Of a stretch of 64,000 bases of DNA, positions 1-11,460 are shown in pieces. Origin of the DNA: Callorhinchus milii (lineage: Eukaryota). The notes beneath the pieces were generated by a model that saw nothing but the letters and a program-made list of their open reading frames with translations, was not told the origin of the DNA and made no database searches. Both the position numbers and the translations under genes were made by a program. The stretch lies in the NCBI RefSeq assembly GCF_018977255.1, contig NW_024704742.1:70930001-70994000 (forward strand), in the 5' to 3' direction. Numbering within the stretch: position 1 is the first letter of the stretch; each line of letters starts with the position of its first letter.

Positions 1-1112
1 GGGGAGGGGGTTGTGTCAGGGCTGTGTGTGTGTTGGGGAGGGGGTTGTGTCAGGGCTGTGTGTGTTGGGGAGGGGTTGTGTCAGGGCTGTGTGTGTGTGT
101 GTTGGGGGGGGGTTGTGTCAGGGCTGTGTGTGTGTTGGGGAGGGGTTGTGTCAGGGCTGTGTGGTGTGTTGGGGAGGGGGGTTGTGTCAGGGCTGTGTTG
201 TGTGTGTTGGGGAGGGGGTTGTGTCAGGGCTGTGTGTGTGTGTTGGGGGGGGGGTTGTGTCAGGGCTGTGGTGTGGGGATTGTGTCAGGGCTGTGTGTGT
301 GTGTTGGGGAGGGGGTTGTGTCAGGGCTGTGTGTGTGTGTTTGGGAGGGGGTTGTGTCAGGGCTGTGTGTGTGTTGGGGAGGGGGTTGTGTCAGGGCTGT
401 GTGTGTGTGTTGGGGAGGGGGTTGTGTCAGGGCTGTGTGTGTGGTGTTGGGGAGGGGGTTGTGTCAGGGCTGGGGGGGGGGGGGGGTTGTGTCAGGGCTG
501 TGTGTGTTGGTGGGGGAGGGGTTGTGTCAGGGCTGTGTGTGTGTGTGTTTGGGGGGGGGGTTGTGTCAGGGCTGTGTGTGTGTGTGTGTGTTGGGGAGGG
601 GGTTGTGTCAGGGCTGTGTGGTGTGTGTTGGGGGAGGGGGTTGTGTCAGGAGGGGGTTGTGTCAGGGCTGTGTGTGTGTGTTGGGGAGGGGGTTGTGTCA
701 GGGCTGTGTGTGTGTTGGGGAGGGGGTTGTGTCAGGGCTGTGTGTGTGTTGGGGAGGGGGTTGTGTCAGGGCTGTGTGTGTGTGTTGGGGAGGGGGTTGT
801 GTCAGGGCTGTGTGTGTGTGTTGGGGAGGGGGTTGTGTCAGGGCTGTGTGTGTGTGTGTGTGGGGAGGGGGTTGTGTCAGGGCTGTGTGTGTGTGTGTTG
901 GGGAGGGGGTTGTGTCAGGGCTGTGTGTGTGTGTGTGTGGGGGAGGGGGTTGTGTCAGGGCTGTGTGTGGTGTTGGGGAGGGGTTGTGTCAGGGCTGTGT
1001 GTGTGTGTGTTGGGAGGGGTTGTGTCAGGGCTGTGTGTGTGTGTTGGGGAGGGGGTTGTGTCAGGGCTGTGTGTGTGTTGGGGAGGGGGTTGTGTCAGGG
1101 CTGTGTGTGTGT
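1..1112. repeat. G-rich minisatellite, ~33-39 nt unit GGGGAGGGGGTTGTGTCAGGGCT(GT)nT, roughly 30 copies, runs off the window start
   Basis: Directly visible tandem units with a constant core and variable (GT)n length; it explains the three long low-complexity ORFs at 11-1362. Confidence 0.97.
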
Positions 1113-1309
1113 CGGGTGTTGTGGTTTATGTCATTTTCCTGAAAGCATTGTGTCCTTCTTCATGTCATCCGCTCACAATGCTTTGTATTACAAATACAAA
1201 ATTATATCTCTGTCGCGCCTTTCACATTGGGAGGATGGGAGGTGCTGGACAGTCAGCGATCCGGTTTGGGGTGTGGTGGGTGTTGGGTGCAGGGAGGGAT
1301 GGGATTTGT

Positions 1310-1625
1310 GGAGTCCTGTAGCTCAGTGGTTAGAGCACTCACTTTGTAAGCGAGAGACCTGAGTTCAATTCCAGGCAGAGGGTGAAACCTTGGGCAAGTT
1401 TCCTTACTCCACACAGAGCGTAATAATAATCCCTCCAAAACCAAAAAACAATAATAAATTGGTCACTTCAATCCACGACTGTTTGTGGGACATTGCTGTG
1501 CGCAATTGGCTGCTGCGTTTCGCCCACAAATATACAGTCAATTCACTTTACAGCATATTCTGTGAAGCGCTTTGAGACGTCTAGAAGACGTGAAAAGCGT
1601 TATATCAAATGCAAGGATTATTATT
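1310..1625 (+). mobile_element. tRNA-derived SINE family A, short subfamily (one of many copies)
   Basis: tRNA-like head with A box (TAGCTCAGTGG) and B box (GAGTTCAATTCC), body GGGCAAGTTTCCTTACTCCACAC, L2-like tail, (ATT)n end. Confidence 0.92.
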
Positions 1626-2039
1626 GTAGGGTTGGAGGGTGGCTGAAGGTGTGGTCAAAGAGGACAGTCTTGAGACGTGCCTTGAAGGAGGAAAGGGAGG
1701 GTACGATGCAAAGGGAATGTGGGATGGAGTTCCAAAGGGTTGGGGCAGAGAGGCTGAAGGCTCAACTGCCAATGGTGGGCGTGTTGGGCAGGGACGTGGA
1801 GCAGGCCTACTGAGCGGAGGGCGCAATCGGGTTGATATGTGATTACCAGGGTCACAGAGGTAGGAAGGGGCAAGGCCATGGAGGGCCTTCAAGGCGAGGA
1901 TGAGAATTTTGAACTCTTATCAGGTCTATTTGTATAAAAGGTATAATCGTCTAATTCGTAAATCTGCCTAATTCCTGTTCCAAGAGTTTATATTCTATGC
2001 ACATTTGACATAACTTGGAGTGTGTCCAAGGAGGCTCTG

Positions 2040-2905
2040 GCCCTAAACTTTCAGTCCTCCTTGGACGCTGGAGTGGTGCCGGAGGACTGGAGGATTGCAA
2101 ATTTTACTCCCCTGTACAAAAAATGACCTGGACTTGGGTGTAGGGAGTACAATTCCCAAGTTTGCAGATGATACTAAGCTAGGAGAAGTAGCAAACAGTG
2201 AGGAGGATAGTAGCAGACTGCAAGAGGACATAGACAGACTGGTAAAATGGGCAGACACGTGGCAGATGAAGTTTAATGAAATGCGAAGTGATGCATTTTG
2301 GAGGAAGAATAAGGAGAGGCAATATAAGCTGATGGTACAATCTTAAAGGGGGTGAAGGAACAGAGAGACCTGGGGGTTCATATCAGTAAATCTTTGAAGG
2401 TGGCAGGAGAGGGAGATAAAGCTGTTAAAAAAGCATACGGGACACTAAGCTTTATAAATAGGGGCAGAGAATACAAAAGTCAGGAAGTTATGATGAACCT
2501 TTATATAAAACACTGGTTAGGCCTCAGCTCGAGACTGTGTTCAGTTCTGAGCACTACACTTTAGGAAGGATGTCAGGGCATTGGAGAGGATGCAAAGGAG
2601 ATTTTCCAGGATGGTCCCAGGAATGAGGGACTTCAGTTATCAGGAGAGGCGAGAGAAGCTGGGATTATTCTCCTTGGAGCAGAGAAGGTTAAGAGGAGAC
2701 TTAAGAGAAGTTTCCAAAATTATGAGGGGATTTGATAGAGTGAACAAGGAGAAACTATTTCCACTGGCGGGTGGGTTGGTAACCCAAGTGCACTGGTTTG
2801 AAACAGTTTTTAAAAGAAACAGAGGGGAAGTGAGGAGAAATGTTTTCACACAGCGAGTTGTTCAGATCTGGAATGCATTGCCTGAAAGGGTGGTGGAAGC
2901 TGAAA
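2040..2905 (+). mobile_element. CR1-type LINE ORF2 3' fragment, degraded
   Basis: KFADDTKL reverse-transcriptase motif, RLQEDIDRLVKWA, LFSLEQRRLRGDL, FTQRVVxxWNALP. Confidence 0.93.
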
Positions 2906-3692
2906 GAGGAAGAGTGTTCCAGAGTCATTAAATGTATGGTCCCAACTGATACAACTTATGTGAGATTTATTGTAGAAAGAATATGTATTTCCAGAGCCTA
3001 ATGCCAGAGTCTCAAAGTGCTTCACAGGGAATTACAGGTAACTATAGTTACTGTTTTCGTTTGCACATGAAGCATTCAATAAATCGAATTACTTACATCT
3101 TGGGGATTGGTGGCCAGGACACCGGGAGAGAGAAAAATGCCCTTCTCTTGTAAAAGCTTCTTGGGATATTTATTGCCAATGGAGAGGGTCCAGGTGGAAA
3201 GAGTGAGGACCTTTTTGTTCCTTGTTTCTCACTTCCTTTTGTCAAACTGGCCTTACATGGAAGATGCAAACAGATGATATGACTACACGAATGGTCGCAT
3301 TTCCTGTATTCCATTCTGCATGTTGGTCAATATTCACTGTTCAGTACATACGTTTAGGCTGACGCTCCAGTGCTTTGCTGGGGGAGAGATACATTGCCCA
3401 GGTGCAATCCTTAGGATGAGATGTCAAACCAAGGTGCTGTCTGCACCTTTTCAGTTACAGATCTTACAGATTCTGTGATGTTATTGAAAAAGATAAGGGG
3501 GTTTCTCATGGCATCTTGGTCAGCAATTCCCCAGGTTAGAATGGGGCTATTTGTAGGAAATTGCTGTGCACAAATGTCCAGCTGCGTTCACTTACAGAAT
3601 ACACAGTTAATCCATTTTATAGTAAACTCCTCTGAGACATCTAAATAACGTGATAAGACGCTGTATTGAATGCATGGATTATTGTTTTGCAG

Positions 3693-3775
3693 GATGTATG
3701 CTGAAGGGAGACAGAAAGGAATACAAGTTCAAGGTGGAATGTGGGCGAGCAGCTCACCAGCTTGTTCTGAGAACG
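3693..3775 (+). CDS. npm1: Nucleophosmin-like (NPM1 paralog, probably npm4-type) coding exon 2: (G)CMLKGDRKEYKFKVECGRAAHQLVLRT
   Basis: ttttgcag|...|gtgag; 83 nt, phase 1 to 0; aligns by eye to NPM1 [27 protein letters not shown]. The symbol denotes the family; orthology is uncertain. Confidence 0.93.
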
Positions 3776-4764
3776 GTGAGCCCCAAATGTACCTACATCA
3801 ATTCCAGGAAGGGCGAAACCTTGGGTAAGTTTCCTTACTCCACACACCTAATAATAATCCCTCCACAACAATAATAAATTGGTCAATTTTAATCCACGAC
3901 TGTTTGTGGGACACTGCTGTGCGCAATTGGCTGCTGAGTTTCGCTCACAAATATACAGTCAATTCACTTTACAGTCTATTCTGTGAAGCGCTTTGAGACG
4001 TCGGGAAGACGTGAAAAGCGCTATATCAAATGCAAGGATTATTATTATTATTATCACAGAATAAGGGGACTTTTGTTTCCCTTGTTGGTTTGTAAGTTGT
4101 AGGGGGCCATCTTGTATGGTTAAATTCACAGGTGATCATAACATGGTCCCAGAGCGCTTAACGTTGGCAGAGCCAGGGGTAGAGGGTGTGGGGAGGTGGG
4201 AGTTGACTGTAAGAATGACCAAAAAAAAGGTTTTTAGTCGGGATTTGAAAGTGGGAAGGGAGGGGGCAAGGCGGAGGGATTGGGGGACAGAGCTCACTTA
4301 CAAAATATACAGAGCTTCGGGGCATAGTGGTTGAAAGCACAGCCACCGATGGCCTGAGCCAGCCGAGCGGAGGCAACGGGTGATGGAGTGGAAGATGAAC
4401 AAATTGGAAAGCTAGGGAGGAGTGAGGGCATGAAGGGATTTGAAAACGATTCAAATTACCTCACGTGCACGCGCATCAATGGTGGACCTGATGTGGTTTG
4501 CCCATCACCCGTTGCCTCCATCACCCGTTGCCTCCGCTCGGCTGGCTCAGGTCAAGCCTGAAGGCCTTTCTCTTCGACCGTACCCACGGTCACCTCCCCC
4601 ATCCTGTGCGTCAGAGTCTGCCACTTTCAAGTGCTTTGGGATGTTAGCCTGGGTGAGGGGCGCTATATAAATGCAACTTGTTGTTATGGATGTTTGTGAA
4701 ACTTTGTAGACAAATGGCTGTTGCGTTTTACTGACAGTCACTACACGCAATTGCTGCAAAATGT

Positions 4765-5570
4765 TCTGTTCGACCCTGAGCTGTCCTTTCTTCCTCATAT
4801 CCGCGCCTTAACTGGCACCGCCACAACTGGCACCGCCTTCCATCACCTCCGGAACATCGCCAGACTACGGCACTACCTCACCCCTCACGCGGCTGAAACT
4901 CTGGTCCACGCCTTTATCATCTCAAGGCTGGACTACGGGAACTCTCTCCTCGCCGGCCTTCCCGGCACCTCCCTCCACACTGCAGGTCATTCAGAACTCT
5001 GCAGCTCGTGTACTGTCCCGCACCAGGCTTCGGGACCACATCACTCCCACCCTCGCTCGCCTCCACTGGCTCCCCATCCCCCAGAGGATCGAATTCAAGA
5101 TCCTCATCCTCACCTACAAGGCCATTCACGGCCTCGCTCCCTCCTACCTCTCCGACCTACTATCCCCCTACCTACCTGCCCGTACCCTCCGTTCCTCTGG
5201 CTCCGGTCTGCTCCACATCCCCCGCCCCAACCGCCCTACCATCGGTGGCCGGGCCTTCAGCCTCTCAGCCCCGAGGCTCTGGAACTCTATCCCCCAGTGC
5301 CTTCGCCGCCTCCTCCCTTTCCTCCTTCAAGGCCGGTCTCAAGACCTTTCTCTTTGACCGAGCCTTCAGCTCCTCTCTCGACTCTCTACCCCCTCCTCGC
5401 TCCCTCCCTTCCCCCCCTCACCCTGACCATTTCCCCCCTCCTCGCTCCCTCCCTCCCCTCCCCTCACCCTGACCATTTCCCCACTGTTCGGGTCCCGACC
5501 CAACTGTCCAGCGCCTTGGGACGTCCTCCCGACGTGAAAGGCGCTCTATAAATGCAATCTTGTTGTTGTT
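4765..5570 (+). mobile_element. L2-clade LINE 3' fragment, relatively young (CpG-rich)
   Basis: HLRNIARLR...ETLVHAFIISRLDYGNSLLAGLP motif, 3' stem-loop and (TTG)n tail. Confidence 0.93.
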
Positions 5571-6169
5571 GACCTGAAGGTAGGAAAGGTGGGGGCAAGG
5601 CAGAGGAATAGAGGGAGAGTATTCCAGGGTTTCGGGGCATAGTGGCTGAAAGTACAGCTTAGATGAATGATCAAATAAAGTTAGGATGTTGACCAGGACA
5701 CTGGGGAAAAACTCAGGTCCCTTTACAGAGTGTGCAATGGAGCAAACTGCCTTCTGAACCAATTTACCTGTGATTCCTCTGTTGTAGTATCTGCTTGTTA
5801 CCACCAGGTGGCTGCCTTGTATTACTTGGGCATCAGGTAAAATCAGACCTCAGAATTCTCCAGATCTTAGTCTTTAGACCATTGGTTTAAAGCCATTGTG
5901 AAGAAGATTTGAAAACCTGTTCAATTTGGTCTAATTTCAAAGCCAGTTTCTATTTCTGTAAATGTACGTGGCTTCAAAACTGAATCTTCCAAAACTCCCT
6001 CTGATTTCTTACGGACGAAAAATAGAGCAGCTTGTATTTATATTGGTTTTTTTTGCTCATCACGGGATGTGAGCCAGGCAGTGTCGGAATTAATAAAGCT
6101 GGTTTACGGACCAATAGATAGCTGGTTCAAATCCTGGCGGTTTCATGGGCTATGTCGGGAGGCTGAATT

Positions 6170-6978
6170 ATAACAATAAACTTTGCATTTGATATAGTAC
6201 CTTATCATGTCGTTGAGAGACGTCTCAAACACTTCACAGAATATGTTATAAAGTGAATTGACTATATTTTGTGGGCGAAATGCAGTAGCCAAATGGCACA
6301 GCAGTGTCCTGCAAACAGTTGTGGATTGAGTGGATTTTTTTTAAGGGATTATTACACCCAGGAAATGATCCGCCAATCAACTAACAACCAGGTAGTCCTG
6401 TGGAGTAGTGGTTAGAGCACTCAAGCAATAGGACCCGGGTTTGATTCCTGAGGGGGTGAAACCTTAGGCAAGTTTCCTTACTCCACATGTTCTGTTTACC
6501 TAGCAGTAAGTCGGAACCTGGTTGTTAGTCGATTGGCGGATCACTTTCAGTAATAATCCCTCCAAACCCATGACTGGTTGTGGGACACTGTTGTGTGCAA
6601 TTGAAGATGTGATAAGGCGTTATATCAAATGTAAGGATTATTATAATAATTAATAATAAAATAATAATTATTAATAATTATTATAATAAGCGCTTTGAGA
6701 CGTCTAGAAGACGTGAAGCGTTTTTCACGTCTTCTAGACGTCTCAAAGCGCTTCACAGAATATACTGTAAAGTGAATTGACTGTATATCTGTGGGCAAAA
6801 CGCAGCAGCCAGTTGTGCACAGCAGTGTCCCACAAACAGTCGTGGATTGAAATGACCAATTTATTATTGTTTTTTTTTCTTGAGGGCGTGTGGAGTAAGG
6901 AAACTTACCCAAGGTTTCACCCTGCCGGGAATTGAAACCAGATCTCTCGCTTGCTCTAACCACTGAGCTACAGGACTC
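6170..6978. mobile_element. Cluster of three family-A SINEs (-, +, -) just upstream of Npm exon 3
   Basis: Head, body and tail motifs recognisable in alternating orientation. Confidence 0.85.
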
Positions 6979-7026
6979 CCATTATATTTATAGGAGGGTT
7001 TTCTTGACTCTTTGCCCTGTGTGTAG

Positions 7027-7146
7027 GTGTGTGTGGGCTCCGAGGCCAAAGATGAGGTACATCTGATCGAGCTGGAAGCCATGAACTCGAGCGGGAAAAT
7101 GACCAAAGTGCCTTTAACCACTCTGAGACCCTCAATCCTGACCACA
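7027..7146 (+). CDS. npm1: Nucleophosmin-like exon 3: [40 protein letters not shown]
   Basis: tgtag|...|gtaagt; 120 nt as in NPM1 exon 3; matches [40 protein letters not shown]. Confidence 0.96.
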
Positions 7147-8226
7147 GTAAGTGTCTCTGCTTCTTGCACTAGTAGTTTACACCCACCATCTGGGTTCCAT
7201 GTCTTCACTAACAGACTCCTGGCTCCCATCATAGCCACAATTTACATTTGTATAAACAACAACTTGCATTTATATAGTGCCCTTTGCGGGGACTAGCGTT
7301 CCCTGCGTATACAAATATACATTTGTATATCACCTATAGCACATCCAAAGCTGGACACTCAGGGATTTCCACCTGAGCTGGGGTTAGGATCAGGAGGGGT
7401 GGAGAGGAGGAAGGGTGGGTGTAGGAGAGTGACTGTAAGTGTGATCAAAGAGGAAGTTAATCTAGATAAAAGCTCTCTGCCCTATCAACGCCCCACCCCG
7501 GTCTGGGTCTGAGTCTTGCATGTCACTCCACAGAAGCTGTACAGGTGAAGCAGGCCCTTTGGCCCATTTAGTTCTGTCCTTCAGTCCTTCCATTCCTGCG
7601 ACAAACTGGTTTTCGATGAGTCCCAGAGTCCCTGCCTCAACTTCTGTAACTTCCGTTCCAACTGTCGATTTCCATTTTTGTGTAAAGAAACACTTCCTGG
7701 TGTCTGAACTAAACTTGTCCTTCACAGCCCTGAACCATGAAATGAGCGACCAGCTTTATCTGGGGATTGTTGGCCAGGACACCAGGAGAGATAAACTCCC
7801 TTCTCTTTTTGAATAGGATCTTTAAACTCTGGAACTTTCACACTGAATCCCTCCACCTTGCCCCCTCCCTTGCCACTTTCAAATCCCGCATAAAGATCTT
7901 CCTTTTTGAATGTGCTTACTGTCACCTCTCTCGCCCCTCTCCCCTTGGCTCAGTGTCAGACTCCGCCACTGTCAAGCACTCCCGACATTACCCCGCGTGA
8001 AGGGCACTTTATAAATACAAGTTGTTGTTTAACGTTCTCATTCTTTGTTTGGAGTCAGCACACGGTGTGAGGAAATCTTGCTTTGTGTATATAGTTTGGG
8101 ACACGACATGTCAAATGATTACCAGGATGGTGGACCCTACCCCGCGTGAAGGGTGCTATATAAATGCAAGTTGTGGTTGTAGATGGACCGTGGTCTTCTT
8201 TCGCCTAACAAAGTCTTGTGTTTCAG

Positions 8227-8320
8227 ATGAGTCTGGGAGGGTTTGAAGTGTCGCCTCCGGTCTCGTTCCACCTGAAATCTGGCTCGGGTCCTGTCTACAT
8301 CAGCGGAGAGCACATCGTGG
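8227..8320 (+). CDS. npm1: Nucleophosmin-like exon 4: [31 protein letters not shown](G)
   Basis: tttcag|...|gtacgt; 94 nt; contains the nucleoplasmin-core GSGPVxISG signature. Confidence 0.97.
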
Positions 8321-9946
8321 GTACGTTTCCTGCTCCTCAGTGACTGGCTCTGATTGACTGTACAGGAAGTCCACAAAGTCCTGTTACCCCTGTACTGAAG
8401 TGCTTCTAATACAATTATCATTTTTTCATGTGTTTCCGTTGTTGGTCAGTGCACTGTAAAAAAACAAAACACATGGGGTAACATGTGGACACCATGTGCA
8501 CAGTCCACATTGATTGGGGGCTGTTTGTAAAGCTCTACTCTCAGTGTTTGGGGATCGGGATGAATGATCAACTGCCTTTTCAGTCCCTGAGGACCCTGCT
8601 GTCTATTACTATAAGATGCTAGAAGTCTGAGCACTAAGGTTTTGGAGAAAAGGTGAGAGACTGGGAGTAAATGATCTGTGGTGATAAATGGGGTATTATT
8701 AATCTGAATAATAATGCTTGCATTTGTATAATGCCATTCACATTGAGAGGATTTCTCGAAACCCTTCACGGGATTTACTGTGAAGTGCAGTGACTGTGTC
8801 CTACAACCAGTTGTGGATTGAGTGACCAAATATATTTGTTTTCTTTTGGATGGATTATTAACCCCGGAAAGTGATCCACCAATCAACTCACAACTGGGTT
8901 CCTACTTACTGCTGGATAAACAGAGATGTGTGGATTAAGGAAACTTGCCTAAGGTTTCGTCCTGCCTGGAAATCGAAGCTGGGTCCTCTCGCTTGCGAGG
9001 CGAGTGTTCTAACCAATAGGCTACAGAACGCCTCTGTTTTGGAGTGTCAGCCTAGACTGAGTTCAGAGTCTCAACGTTAAAGTTTAAACCCACTACTTTG
9101 TGACTCGGAGGCCAAAGTAGTACCTGCTGAGCCAGGCTAACACCAATATTAGGTTTTCAATGTTGTTAAGTTGTTCAATATAAAATAAAGTAGCCCATTG
9201 AAACTTTTAATCTCAGAGCATTTACAGGGTGAGGGTGGGGGGAGTGGGGGTGTTAGAAAGAGTAAGAAAGAACTTGCATCACTTAGAAACATCTCAAATA
9301 CATTCTTGCTCACATTGTATTTGTCAAGTGTAGTGACTGTTTTTGAAAGCAAGAGTGGTAGACTTTTTTTTGGCACAGCAGGGTTCCCACAAAGAGCCTT
9401 GGGGTGACTGGCCAGATTTAGTGTGGAAGATTGTTGGCTGGGACATTGAGAGACACTAATGATGTATTGGGGTAGAGCAATTCATTGTCTTGTGAGAGGA
9501 GCCAGTTGTATATCTTGACAGATCTATAATAATAACAATCCTTGCATTTGATATAGCGCCTTATTTCATTGTTGAGAATCCTCAATGCACTTCACAGGCT
9601 ACACTGTAAAGTGAATTGACAGTATATTTCAGGGCGAATGTGTCAGCCAATTGTGCACAGCAATGTCCCACATACAGTCTTGGATTGAGTGACCAACTTT
9701 TTTTGAGGGATTATTACCCCTGAAAGCGATCTGCCAATTGACTAACAACCAGGTTCCTACTTACTGCTGGGTAAACAGTGGCGTGTGGAGTAAGGAAACT
9801 TGCCTACGGTTTTGCTCTGCCTGAGAATGAAACCTGTGTCCTCTTGCTTGCGAGGCGAATGCTCAACAACACAGCTACAAGTGATCTGCGTGCTTTATGA
9901 TGGTTAAACTATATTCCTCTTTATCTGCCTGTGCCAATGGCTTCAG

Positions 9947-10311
9947 ATTGCTTGAGCAGTGGACGGTTGCGGGAATGGAACAGGCCATGCAATACAGTGG
10001 CTTTGCACCTTGCTCTCTCAGAGCACCGACCACAACACCCTGCTCCCCCAGCTCGAGCCGATGGAGTGAAAAGTTCTTCCCTTGTCAAACCGCCAGGCCC
10101 ACCAAGGCACTGAGGCGGGACGTGCTGCTCCCAGATCCCGAGGGTTTGCGACGATCCAGAATCGCACAACTCGTGTCATTCCAGGATTCGACTGGATTTC
10201 CACCACTCCAGGATCCACTCATTAAAAGAGGATATGCAGGAGGATTTCTTACCATTGACACCCTGGAGGGAGATGATTCCTATGTTGCTGGTTGCGTCAG
10301 AAATCATTCTG
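9947..10311 (+). pseudogene. Nested exon-like segment A of an unidentified gene or pseudogene in Npm intron 4 (ATG at 9975; MEQAMQYSGF...VAGCVRNHS)
   Basis: Pyrimidine tract plus ttcag acceptor, ctg|gtgagt donor, open frame throughout (ORF 9897-10397), no resemblance to the local repeats. Confidence 0.55.
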
Positions 10312-11131
10312 GTGAGTCTCTGTGCGTCTGTCTGTTTGTATTGCATGCGTTAAGGAAATTTAAAAGAACAGTCTTGGCCACAAGCCTGGACACCTGAAAT
10401 TCCACCTCATCTCAGCTTGCGAGACCTCTTTTTTAAGTTTCAGATTTGGTCAGGATTCTGTGTTTTTTAAAAAAAATAATATTAATGATGATCCCTACAT
10501 TTCACGTCGCGAGGATGTCTGAAAGCGCTTCCCAGGATATTTTGTAAACCAGACATTATGTATTTTGCAGGTGAAACCGGCAGCCAATTTGTGTACAGTG
10601 ACATCCCACAAAATTCCATCCTTCGGATGAAATGTTAAACCCACCTTCTGACTGCCTGTTCAGGTGGATGTTAAAGATCCCATGTCTCTATTGGGAAAAG
10701 AGAAAGGAGTTTTTCTCCCCTGGTGTCCTGGCCAACAATCCTTCAAATACAATTGGTCACTCACTCCATGGCGTTTCACCCACAAAACATATAATCACTC
10801 CCACTTTACAGTATATCCTGTGAAGTACTTTGAGACTTATCAACAACCTGATAAGGTACTATATGAAAATCCAAATATTATAAAATGCAACCTGAATTTG
10901 GAAGCCACTCAGCTCCTTTTTAAGAACTGCAGGAAACGACACCCGAGTGAAGACTGAATATAAGATTTTCTTAAATTATTCTCAGAGCACCTGGTCTCAC
11001 AGGCCGACTAAGTGATATTCAGGTGTGGGGGAAGTGTACCATCTTGTGCAATATCTCTGTTGCCAATTGATACTAGAATTGTTCCATGCTGTGAGTATAT
11101 GCTGTTCTCAGATCTTGTTCTGTGCCTGCAG

Positions 11132-11318
11132 GTGAGGCTGGATATCATGGATGGCGAGGGTGGCTATGAGCATTGAGGAGTTTCAAGAGTAACTGTTTTG
11201 GCCAATGGCACATTGAGCACCGGGCATATTGCTTTGAGAGAATCACACGAGAATGACGCACTCCATCTGAGGACATGGTGTGGCGTGGCCAGCGGAGGAG
11301 CAGGATGGATGTCTTTCT
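11132..11318 (+). pseudogene. Nested exon-like segment B: GEAGYHGWRGWL*ALRSFKSNCFGQWHIEHRAYCFERITRE*RTPSEDMVWRGQRRSRMDVF(L)
   Basis: cctgcag acceptor and ct|gtaaga donor; read in the phase left by segment A; in-frame TGA at 11167-11169 and 11254-11256. Confidence 0.5.
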
Positions 11319-11460
11319 GTAAGAACAGATCAGTGGTGCTGATTTTATCTGGGCCATCCTTGGCCAGGCAATCAGGAGAAACTCCCTGCCCTTTTCGATC
11401 AGCATCGCGGGATCTTTAATGTCTACCTGAACAGGCGACAGATGGGATCTCAGTTTAATG

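Noticed and set aside
11..1362. Three long Cys/Val/Gly-rich ORFs (372-449 aa)
   Set aside because: They are translations of a stop-free minisatellite, open in all three frames.
1310..1385. tRNA-like sequences here and at many other positions
   Set aside because: They are SINE heads: no complete acceptor stem, always followed by SINE body and tail.
10224..10253. KRGYAGGFLT resembles an opioid precursor motif (KR-YGGFL)
   Set aside because: Extra residues break the YGGF core, with no signal peptide or downstream dibasic site.
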